The notes below the pieces were generated by a model that was not told the DNA's origin, did not search any database, and saw nothing but the letters and a program-made list of their open reading frames with translations. DNA of 64,000 nt from Chara braunii (Eukaryota; Plantae; Charophyceae): positions 2,874,102-2,938,101 of the forward strand of contig BFEA01000016.1 in assembly GCA_003427395.1 (NCBI GenBank), read 5' to 3'. Positions within the stretch are counted from its first letter, which is position 1, and each line of letters begins with the position of its first letter. This document shows, piece after piece, positions 40,148 to 50,583 of the stretch. A program made the position numbers and the translations under genes.

Positions 40148-40252
40148 CTGTCTTCAACCGAATAGAACACCCGGTCATTATCGCTGCATCTGGACTGAAA
40201 GTTGCGCAAAATACAGCGATAATGACCAGGTGTTCTATTCGGGTGAAGACGG
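40148..40252. mobile_element. Small foldback MITE-like hairpin (~42-bp arms, 21-nt loop)
   Basis: ctgtcttcaaccgaatagaacacccggtcattatcgctgcat is inverted at 40211..40252; TA at 40146 and 40256. Confidence 0.75.
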
Positions 40253-40670
40253 CCGTAGAATACTGCCAAAAGTCTTGTCTTATTTGGGCAAATTTCACCT
40301 CAAATGTGTTCAGTGCTCGGTGTCCAGTGACGGAGGAAGCTAAACTGCCCAGGTCCAAGATCCCAATCATAGAACCGAGGAATGGCCACTGTTTGTTCCC
40401 TTTGTCAGTCTTTTTAAGGTCAAATTGCTGTTGTGTACGGCTATACAGTCGTGAAAAATCTTCCCACCACCTTTGCCTCTCTTTCCGTTTATGTAAACGA
40501 ACAGGTTTACGTGATCTACAAGTCTAACCGTGTTTACCAAGCTCTTTCTTCTTGCTGGATATCTCAGAAGACCTGAATCATTGCAATCACAGAATATTGC
40601 AAGGTCCACGCTTGTGCTTTTACAGGTTGGAACACCAACAACTTGTTTGATTGTTCCCTGTCTGATGCAG

Positions 40671-40769
40671 CTATTTGAACATTGGCGCATTCTGGCAAAG
40701 AGGGAACACTCATCTGATGATGAAGTTCAGGAGGAGATGGAGTCAGCTGTCATCAGAACAACTGCTCAA
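40671..40769 (+). CDS. Putative host exon 4 (LFEHWRILAKREHSSDDEVQEEMESAVIRTTAQ)
   Basis: ttccctgtctgatgcag acceptor, caa|gtaaga donor, 99 bp in phase 0/0. Confidence 0.68.
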
Positions 40770-42794
40770 GTAAGATGAATACTCTCTCCTCTTTTGGGCC
40801 ATTTTCATGTCGAGATTTGATAGTTTGGTGCATATCAAGTTGGCATGTTGGAGTGTCCTTGGGATACTCTTGAAAATTTGACAAAAGGATTGGCAAGGTA
40901 TTGAACATCTGAAAAATACAGGAAATGAAAAAGGAAATCTTAAACTTGCGCTCGCGCCTTCCGGTTAGCGCACAACAGCGCTATTTTTCGCGCCCGCAGC
41001 CCTGCCTCGCGCGCGACCGCGCCGGCGAACTTGAATTTTTACGTTTCGAAAACGACGAACATCGCGCTTCACGCGCCCCGCCCGTGCCTCGCAAGATACC
41101 AACGAGTATCGTCCAAGCCATAGCTCAGCACGTCCGACAAAGAAGCTCTGCGTGCCCGCGCCCGGCGCGCGCGCGTAGGTCATCATTGCTACGAGCCAAG
41201 GCGGGCGGGAAGACTACGGGAAGACAATGAGTCCCACTACGTACCTGACAGCGTACTTGGCAAAGGGGGATGCTGACGACCGATTTTAGGTTCTGGGCGG
41301 CTTCTCCACCAAGGTTCATTCGGGTGGCACTCGAAGTGGGTTGCACTGTTCATCAAGCCAATTCGTACATCGAGTGCCTTTGGCGCATTACCATTCAAGG
41401 AGAGACGTGAGACCTGGCGAAACGGACAAAGAACACACGATCGTCCCAAGAAAGATCGACTTTCGAGTGAGACCTAACCATAACCCCCAATTACTTTCCC
41501 CCCGTCTATTAGATTCGGCCACTAATACACACCCCCAAACCACCTCTTTGTCCCCTACCTCGTTAACTGCTCGATCTCCACAACCCTCCACATCCGCAAA
41601 ACGCTCCCCTATTCTGCTTCCTCGACTCACAAACGACACTGTCATTAACGCTCGCTCCCCCACTCCCTCACTTCCACTCCCTAACTTCCTTACTCCGCCC
41701 CTCACTCCCCCAAGAACCATAGTCGAACCGTTCCCCTACCCAATACGCCCCTCCCATCTCAAAACATAGAGCTCACCTCGCTCCCCCACCTCGACACTTA
41801 TCCGTTCCGCTCGTACTCTTCATCGCCCTTCACACTGCTCCTACTGCAATCTAATCCCTTTCAATCTCCCATGCGCTCCGCCCACACTATTCCCCCTCCT
41901 TCCGATCGTCCCTCAATANANCNTCCAGCCAGCTNCTCATCGCCCTTCCCCCTGTTGACCTTACCTTGCCCCTACCCAACGCTGTCACATAGCACCGTCC
42001 CCCAACGTGTCTACACAAATCCCACCCTGTGACTTCATGAAGGTCCCCACTATTAAGCCCCACCCTTCGCAGTCTCCCCCCCCCAACTGGTTAGCCTACG
42101 ACCCTTACCTCCCACACTACTCTGGTCCCCCACACGGCACCCCGCATTGCTCTGCCCCCTCCACGTCTAATCCGTCAACCCTACCCCCCCGAACGGCTTT
42201 TGTCCCCCACCCGATCTCCCTCCAATCGCCCCACCGTAGTCCATCCCCAGCTAGTTCCTGGAAACCAGGGTGCTCGACTTTTCCCCCCTTCTACGCGACT
42301 TCTGCCATCATAGTACCTTCCCCGCCCTCTCCTCGCCCGCCAACCCCAAATTGAAACCAGTGCATCTGAATAACAGCTAACCTTGTCCACTCCCATCCTC
42401 CCTCACCTCTCCTCTCCACATCCCTTGGCATCCCCTACTGCCCTTATACGACATAGTAACCCCCTACACACCCACACCAACTAAAAGCGCAACCCCCCCC
42501 CCCCCCCTCATAGGCATCTACCACTTCTCTCCCTGCAACCAACACCTATAGCTCTCGACCCCCCACCCTAGTACCACCATCGTAAAATCACTCAACCGTT
42601 CCAACCCTAGGCATTAAAAATAAATAAATAAATAAATCGATCCAACCCATAGCCATTACACCGTACCTAACCCAGCTTAACCATCTCAATCTACCCCGTG
42701 ATCTTTCATATATTGCCCTGCTCCATCCCGCACCCACTCAAGACTAACCACAGTGCTCGCTCAGTCCACATTCAGGGGCAATTGAAAAGTAACA

Positions 42795-45626
42795 ATGCAG
42801 AGCCCTAGGGGAAACAAGGCCCCGGCGTCTTTTAAGCAGACTCTCCAAGGCTCATCAGCAAATGGTCGACCCGCGCAAATGAACAAAACAGCAGTCTTTG
42901 ACAATGAAGCTCTAAAATTCATCATAGAAAAGATTAAAGTGCAAGGAGAAATGCTGATTGAACGGTCAACAAACACAGAGGGGAAAGAAGAAGAGAAAAT
43001 CATATGGAAATACCCAGACGGCAAAGTGGCTGAATTAGACGAATTGCACGAAAAGCATGCTGTTGTTTTCAACTTTGCAAGGAATGGGGCAGAGTTGGCG
43101 CCAGCAGAGAAAAGGAAATGGATCACAGCCACAATTAAAAAAGAAGATAAATTGAGAGCAGTAAACGAGTCCTTCACCTTGATGAACCTGGGTCGCACCT
43201 TAGTCATGGTGATCTTCATTTCGGAAGACCATGCGCGGATCGCAGCTGAGATGAGATCCAGGAACTGCAACGGATCAATTTGTACAATCACACCGTGGAA
43301 AAAACAGACAAACGCAAGACCGAGCCCGTCCTTCTCAGTATCATACAAGCAGACACTGATGAAAGAGAAGTTCTGGGTCCAGTTCGACAGAATCCCGCCC
43401 GGTAACCACGGGTTGGTAGTCGACAGACTGGAGAGACAGTACCCGACAAACAAAATCCTGAAATGGATTTTGCCAATGCCGGAGTTCCTGTCCCCCCACA
43501 TCGGAATGATGACANCCATCCTTGAGGTGAAAACTGAAGACCCACCGGTTTTCCCCACAGAATGGTCACTCNTGATCAACGACAGAGCCGTTGACATCAC
43601 ANTATCGACNAAGACATCTCCCATTTGTTTCAGATGCAGAGAAAGAGGNCACACCGGGTCGGACCCTGCATGCCCCAAATTTCCGAAANAGCAGAGAGAA
43701 AGGAAACTCCACCCCAACATGCTGGTTGAGGTAGAAGACGCCCCNGGGACCTGGTACATTGTGGATCCATCCTACGACGGCTGGGTCTTCGATGACAACT
43801 TGGAGGACCCGGAATGGATCTGGCATTTTACAGACAAAGAACNAGTAACAAAGAAGCCAGACATCTTCCCTCCTGCAGACAGCAGGTGGCAGAAGAAAGC
43901 AACAGGGAAGGAGACGGAGAACCCAACAAAAATCAAGTCAATTCCCCTCAATGACTCCAGGGTAATCAGGGAAGAAAAAGCAAGGGAAAACTTGCTGTGG
44001 GATCTGGACTCAGTCCGGGAACAGATGGAGGAGGAATATGAAAAACAACCAGAGAAAATTCAAGAGAGAATCGCCAAATTCATCAACAGCAAAGAGGAAG
44101 AGGCAAAACAAGTCGCCAACAAAGAGGCAAAACAACCACAGACAGACGGCAAAAGATCCATGGAGAAGGAACAAGGGTTCAAAGAAGGAGGAGAACCAGA
44201 TTCAAAGAAACGGAGGGGACTGGCAAAGGACAACAGCGACAATCAACCGCTGACCCCCGAAGGGGGGGAACCGCCAAGCCCAGTAACAGAGCGGGAGCAG
44301 GGGGACAGCAGCAGTGCTGCCGATACCACTGCATCCTCAAGCGAGGAGGANGAGGAAGAAAAGAGATCCCTCCAATGGTTGAGAGACTACATCAGCAAAG
44401 CCAAAGCTGTTCGAGAACACCTCTTTGACATCCGGACGGCCTGTATGAAGCATATGGAAAGGACGCAGAATCTGAAAAAGGGGACAGCAGCAGGTTTTAA
44501 GACAGCACCTAACCAATATGATCTGCTGGTAAAGGAAGAGGAATTCTCTGAGTATGCAGCCTTTCGTTACGCAGGCAAAAAAAGGGCAAGGGAACAGGGA
44601 ATTAAGGACAAGGATATGACGCAGGTGGGATCAAAGGATGCTCTCCAGGACTTGAGATCCAAAAAGTGGAAGACTTCCNTGAACTNAAAAAAAAAGGGAT
44701 TCTCCACAGGCCAGACTGGATCAGAACAGGCAGAAAAATCAGCNAGGTCGGAGTTGGAACAGGAAATTGCAGTTGTGGAAGCACAGGCGNAAAAACTGAA
44801 AAAGCTCAACAAGGANTACGAACCGGAGTTTTTTTCTCTCAGACACATNGCGGAAGGCAAGGCTCCCGAGGTGATAGGACAGGCACAGTCAGCAAAGCTG
44901 ACCCTGATGGGAACCCGCCCTCTCCTGGCTGCACGTTATGTAAAAGAGAAGAAAGAATGGCAGGTTGCCACGGACGTGTCCTTCACAATCCCTAGGATTG
45001 ACGAAGGACAAAATGTGGCAACCATTCTTCATGAGAAAATCACAACAGCGTATCCTCTGGCCGTTTTTGAGATGGAATCTCCTTTGGGGCAGCTTGACAA
45101 CGGAATGCAAGAAACACTACAGGCAGGACACGAAGCCATTGACAGCCGGACTAACCCCGAAGAATCGCAAACGGATCAAACAGATCCCAGGTCTCCCCGA
45201 TCTTTCACTCCCCTCATTGCAAAGATGCCTGAGGGGGCAAAGCTGAGAGGAGGGATGAAATGGCGCCCATGGAACCCATACAGCGTGCTGTCTGGGTTAG
45301 GCATCCCTGCTGAACTGCAAGCCGCCTCCCTGGCAGACTTGATCAGCAAGGGAATCTTTGCAGGGGATGACGATCTAGACTCCAGAGCATGTGCAATAGA
45401 CATGGAAAGATACTATAGGGATGAGTTATCGGAAGATGAAATGGAAGATGAGGCAAAGGAATGGGTTATGGAGAGAGATGAGTCAGATTTGAAGACATCT
45501 TCGGGCAAAGGGATCAGCGATAGTGTGGGGGAGTATAAAATGGATGAATCTGTGACCAGTACCCAGGCTGATCCTCCGGGGGGGTTTGATGAGTCAATGG
45601 AGACCGGGGGATCGGGAGCTTCCTAA
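42795..45626 (+). CDS. LINE ORF1 protein, 943 aa, apparently open (contains Ns)
   Basis: FWVQFD motif, knuckle CFRCRERxHTGSDPAC, GWVFDD Trp-rich domain, coiled-coil-like charged regions. Confidence 0.88.
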   Translation: MQSPRGNKAPASFKQTLQGSSANGRPAQMNKTAVFDNEALKFIIEKIKVQGEMLIERSTNTEGKEEEKIIWKYPDGKVAELDELHEKHAVVFNFARNGAELAPAEKRKWITATIKKEDKLRAVNESFTLMNLGRTLVMVIFISEDHARIAAEMRSRNCNGSICTITPWKKQTNARPSPSFSVSYKQTLMKEKFWVQFDRIPPGNHGLVVDRLERQYPTNKILKWILPMPEFLSPHIGMMTXILEVKTEDPPVFPTEWSLXINDRAVDITXSXKTSPICFRCRERXHTGSDPACPKFPKXQRERKLHPNMLVEVEDAXGTWYIVDPSYDGWVFDDNLEDPEWIWHFTDKEXVTKKPDIFPPADSRWQKKATGKETENPTKIKSIPLNDSRVIREEKARENLLWDLDSVREQMEEEYEKQPEKIQERIAKFINSKEEEAKQVANKEAKQPQTDGKRSMEKEQGFKEGGEPDSKKRRGLAKDNSDNQPLTPEGGEPPSPVTEREQGDSSSAADTTASSSEEXEEEKRSLQWLRDYISKAKAVREHLFDIRTACMKHMERTQNLKKGTAAGFKTAPNQYDLLVKEEEFSEYAAFRYAGKKRAREQGIKDKDMTQVGSKDALQDLRSKKWKTSXNXKKKGFSTGQTGSEQAEKSXRSELEQEIAVVEAQAXKLKKLNKXYEPEFFSLRHXAEGKAPEVIGQAQSAKLTLMGTRPLLAARYVKEKKEWQVATDVSFTIPRIDEGQNVATILHEKITTAYPLAVFEMESPLGQLDNGMQETLQAGHEAIDSRTNPEESQTDQTDPRSPRSFTPLIAKMPEGAKLRGGMKWRPWNPYSVLSGLGIPAELQAASLADLISKGIFAGDDDLDSRACAIDMERYYRDELSEDEMEDEAKEWVMERDESDLKTSSGKGISDSVGEYKMDESVTSTQADPPGGFDESMETGGSGAS

Positions 45627-45670
45627 ATTAACAACTCCAGCCTGACGACGTCAATCATCAGACCCCATCC

Positions 45671-48600
45671 ATGGACCTGCTGAGAAAAGAGGCCAATGAG
45701 AGAGGACGTAAGGTAAACTGGAGGACACAAGGAATCACGGTTCGATGCTGGAACGTCAACGGGCTAGGTAACATCCTCACTAAAGAAGACAAACTCAATG
45801 ACATAATCAGAGGACTCAAAGATGAATCAAATAAACTAGCGGATATCATTNTCCTACAAGAAACACANCTAACCAACTCAGAGGACCATAAAAAGATTAG
45901 GAAGCTCTTTATAAAGAAGCTAGGGGGGGTCAATGACCAGGTATGGGCATCAGATAACGACTCAAGCACAAAAGGCACAGCTATCCTAATACCAAAATCG
46001 TCAAGATTTTACATAGCAGGGACGGTGCAAGAGAAGCAAGAGGACAGCGAAGCAGGAAGATGGTGCCTGATGGATCTGAAATGGAAAGAAGAAGAATTCA
46101 GAATTATTAAAATTTACGCACCAAACAACCCAGCAGAGAGGTTAGAATCCATATCATTAATAGGGACGCTAGTGACACCTCTAACTGCCTGCATAATAGC
46201 GGGAGATTGGAACACTGCTCTCGATCCTAACAACGACAGAATCTCACGAACCACAGCATCCCATGCGTCCCAAGAAGCGGCACCGGTGCTGAAACTTATG
46301 ATGGATCATAGTTTGGTAGACCCTTTCCGTACACTACATCCAGGCAAAAGGGCCTATTCACTGATAAAGAAGAACCATGCTCACCACACGGCCTTCTCTC
46401 GGATCGACTTTTTCCTCGCCTCTGAACATCTGATGGGCACCATCAAGGAGGCTGACATTCTGGGACTTGCCCCATATGCAGGACTTGACCACAAACCCAT
46501 TGAGTTAATCCTCAACTTTGATCAATACATTATGAAAGGAGCCAGCTTTCACAAACTGAATAATTCTCTCCTCTTAAGCCAAGTTTTCCAGGATGGGATA
46601 CAAGAGTGCTGTCAAAACTCGAAGGGCTCATTCCTAGAGGGACAAGACAAATGGGAATGGTTCCAAGATAGCTGCCTCTCGCTGGCATGATCATCAGCGT
46701 GCATTTCAAGGAAACTAGCCAACGACCGAAGGTTGAGAAAGCAATCACTAGAGATGGCACTAAAGATCGTCGAAGCCAAGTTAGCAGTCGACCCCTCCTC
46801 CACCCTCTATTCAAACACGTTTGAAAAAGCGAGGGAAGAACTGGCAATATGGAGACAATGGGAACTGNGAGGACTNCAGATTAGAGCAAGAATGATGGAG
46901 TACGAATTGAATGAATCAATGACCAAACACTTCTTCGCGAGAATANAAGCTAACAAAAGGTCAAACGCAATTGAAGGNCTCAAAGAACTCACAAACGAAC
47001 AACACATAAGGACAGATAGCGAGGGCATGGTGGAAATAGCCAAGGGATTCTATCAGGAGTTATATCAGACAAAAACTGTAACCCCNCCCTCCACGGNCGT
47101 AAGAGAGGCGAGATNCAGAATGCTACAATTCCTTGACAGAACAATCTCTACGGAACAAGCAGCGGTGTTAGATAAACCTATCACTTTGGATGAATTGAAG
47201 CTTGNGGTCCAAAGCATGAACAACGACAAGTCACCANGGTTGGACNGCCTAACCAAGGAGTTCTGGGAACAATTCNGGCCACTGTTGGGCAGCGATCTCC
47301 TCCACTTTTACAAAGACAGTTGGGAAAAGGGAGGTATGGGAGAAATGNTAAGCAGCAGTGTAGTGACCCTNCTATACAAAAAAGGAGACCGAGAGGATAT
47401 ACGTAATTATAGGCCAATATCACTACTCACCCTTCCGTACAAGATCCTGGCCAAAGCCCTAGCGCACAGGATAGGGGATCTCACGGACAAATGCTTTCAC
47501 ATTGACCAAACCGGGTTTATTCCAGGGAGGTATATACTAGACAACGTATTAACTCTAAACGAAGCAGTGAGAAAGGTAAGGGAGAAAAGGATGAACACAN
47601 CAATTATGTTTTTTGATTTCGAGAAAGCATACGACCAAGTGAACTGGGTCTTCCTCAACGCTAGTATGGAAAAAATGGGGGTAGGACCCAACTTCAGAAA
47701 GTGGGTCAGGATTTTGTACAATGACGCTTAAGGATGTGTGCAAGTCAACGGACTGATTTCAGAATGATACCCGATCTCCAGGTCAGTCCGTCAAGGAGAT
47801 CCACTTGCCCCACCGATCTTCGTTTTCGTTATGGAAGCGATTGCCTCCTTTCTATGGAAGGACCCTTCAATTCAGAGGTTACCAGAGCTAAACACTGGCA
47901 CGACTCACCATATACAGTTCCCAACAGTGATTATGCTCGCAGACGACCTCACGGTCCTTATAAGAGCGTCTGATTCCTCGGTAAAGGCATTGGTCAGAGC
48001 AATGGAAGCCTTCAGGCTAGCATCAGAAATGAAGATCAACTGGAAAAAGACAGTTGGATGGTGGATATCGGAAGAAGTGTTACCCACAATGGTCGGACCA
48101 GAGTCAGAAATGGCATGGGAAAAACTGGAAGATCCCACAAGATACTTGGGAATTCTGGTCACCAAGGACGGCCCTGCTCCACAAATGGCACAGCACCTCC
48201 TCACCAAACAAATCAATAGAATGGGACGTTGGGGCAATTCATTCACCTCTCTACTAGGACGAGCCCTAACCATCAATACCTCCATCTTCTCGATGATGTG
48301 GTACANNNNNNNNNNNNNNNNNNNNNNNNNNNNNNNNNNNNNNNNNNNNNNNNNNNNNNNNNNNNNNNNNNNNNNNNNNNNNNNNNNNNNNNNNNNNNNN
48401 NNNNNNNNNNNNNNNNNNNNNNNNNNNNNNNNNNNNNNNNNNNNNNNNNNNNNNNNNNNNNNNNNNNNNNNNNNNNNNNNNNNNNNNNNNNNNNNNNNNN
48501 NNNNNNNNNNNNNNNNNNNNNNNNNNNNNNNNNNNNNNNNNNNNNNNNNNNNNNNNNNNNNNNNNNNNNNNNNNNTAAGGGAGGATTAGGGATAATCGAT

Positions 48601-50270
48601 CCTAAGCAGGAAACAAAAGCCCTCCAGATCAAATGGATAATTAAGCTACTAACCCAACCAAGGCTGGCATGGCACAAACTNGCNNTGGACAGNGTAAGAG
48701 CCATAGCCCCAGTACAGAGCCCGTCTAACATGTCAGGCCTATTCTGGGTGATGAACAAGGAATGGAAGCCGAAAACAGGCAGGAGGAGACGGACGTCAAA
48801 TGTTCCCCGGAATGAAACGGAATCCTCTACCCCATATTAGACTGCTCTTATCCGCATATGGAGAGAAGTCATGCCAAAGAAGGTAATGAAGCCAAAATCC
48901 AAAGAGGAAGTCCTGCGCCAACCCCTGTTCAGGAATCCAGGTGTAAGGGATGCAGGGGGCCATACACTGTCTCTAGCAAATGGCCAACGATGGCTGTCAT
49001 GGGTCCGGCAGGGGGTGTGGAGGGTGAGTCACATATGAGATGAAGAGAAAAAAGATTGGATTGATGAGGAACGGTTATGAAAACTTGGTAACAGTAACAA
49101 ACAGTATCCCAGACAGCTGGAAAGATCTGCGGAAAGAAAGGCTTCCCTGGAAGCCAGGGGAGTGGGGTGTGCTAATTCANGAGACGACACCACAAAGGGC
49201 TTACCAATTCTATCGCAGATCGGCAGGCCCAATGTTCTTAGAATCTTTCACATCCTATCCGATCGACCACACCAACCCCAAATCCCCATCCATCCACAAT
49301 GCTGACCCACAGGAATCGGTCCTAAATTCGTTCACACTGCGGAAAGTAAGGGTATTAGGTACCTGGCCAACAGATATTCCAAATGGAAAATGCGATCCAA
49401 GACCTCGAATTCGACCCAGAGGAGTGGTCATGGTCCTCAGCTAATAATAGAGTATACAAAACCCCTATTCATATCATGCAATACACAGTTAAAATGGGGT
49501 ACAAGATGTTGCTAAAAACCAAGGACCCAGAACCGGTAATCAAAGAGAGATGGAACAAACTACTAGGACAGAGAATGGAACCAATCGCGGAAGTGCCCTG
49601 GAAGAAATATAAATCAATGCGCCCAGTTAAAATCAGAAGTCTCCAATGGTTAATCACCTACAATGCCCTTCCAGTAAATACATGGCTACATATCCGAAGG
49701 AAGAACAGCGACCCAGACAGCTCAGAAAAATGTCTAGTATGCTCAGATAACGAACAGGAAGATCTCATACATTGCTTAATAACATGCAAATTCGCTACTG
49801 ACCAGTGGGCCAGAGCCTCAGTACTCTGGGACCACCTATTTCTATCTTCCCTCCCTGAACATCCAATCCAACTACTTCTGTGGACTAACATCCCAGCCCA
49901 ATTTAACAAATCTGAACGCATCTGGTTCGGGATAATGAGGAAGGTGACGCTCTGGGTCATATGGAAAGAAAGATGCAGCAGGACCATAGAAAAATCCAGC
50001 AAGGCATGTGAGCAGGTGTGGACAACGACGAAACTGATGATGGAAACAGAGATTCGGTGTCAGTGGAAGAAGGTCAAACTTTCAATCTAGCAGAATCCGG
50101 AAAAGCAGCAAGCACTGCTTCTGAAATTCAAGGAGGTGTGGCTGGTCCGGGGGAAGATAACCGACATTACCGACCTGCAGATCAGATGGAAAGACTGGCA
50201 TAACTCGGCCAACCGACAGGGCTTAAACAGCCAGCGCAGGCCCGAACAACAAGACTTCAGAGCCACATGA
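45671..50270 (+). pseudogene. LINE ORF2 (APE, RT, zinc finger) with premature stops
   Basis: CWNVNGL, QET, IYAPN, AGDWN, SRIDFFL, LDH; DFEKAYDQV, LADD; GGLG; CLVC..HCLITC; stops at 46690, 47731 and 50090, among others. Confidence 0.92.
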
Positions 50271-50370
50271 GGCGGACCAAGATCCATTCTATGTTTATTT
50301 CTGCTGTCCTTGCATTAATTGTTATAGCTGACAGGTTTCCAGGTGGAACTTGAGAGGGAACTCAGAGATA

Positions 50371-50546
50371 GGCAAGCTGACAGTCAATCCTCCTTCAAGG
50401 AGTAATCAATGCTGTTCAGGGTTCCTTCGGCCGTACGGAAGGAAGCGTGAGTGTGTACCATATTGTATGTAATTGTGACTTGCCGGGGGAATAGGAACCG
50501 GACTGACGCTCCCCAGAATGGATATGGAGCCAGGACCATAAGGACC

Positions 50547-50550
<4 letters not shown>
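50371..50550 (+). ncRNA. Conserved structured LINE 3'-terminal RNA element (reference copy)
   Basis: Stems ggcaag/cttgcc, ctgacagt/gctgttcag, ctcc/ggag, ttccttc/gaaggaa, ccgg/ccgg, gctcc/ggagc and cagg..cc/gg..cctg. Confidence 0.72.

Positions 50551-50583
<33 letters not shown>

Larger units (their letters stand above)
40913..50580 (+). mobile_element. Full-length LINE, lineage A copy 3 (~9.7 kb)
   Basis: Perfect 17-bp TSD AGGTATTGAACATCTGA at 40896..40912 and 50581..50597; ~1.9-kb 5' UTR, ORF1, ORF2, structured tail and poly(A) at 50551..50579. Confidence 0.95.

Noticed and set aside
40945-41035. HDV-like ribozyme at the LINE 5' end (tgcctcgc, ggcgaa)
   Set aside because: I could not build P1/P1.1/P2/P3/P4 consistently, and the other two 5' ends do not fit; kept only as a generic conserved motif.
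50470-50520. tRNA/B-box or snRNA origin of the 3' element (antisense ggttcctattcc)
   Set aside because: No cloverleaf or A-box, and no recognisable match to U1, U2 or SRP sequences.
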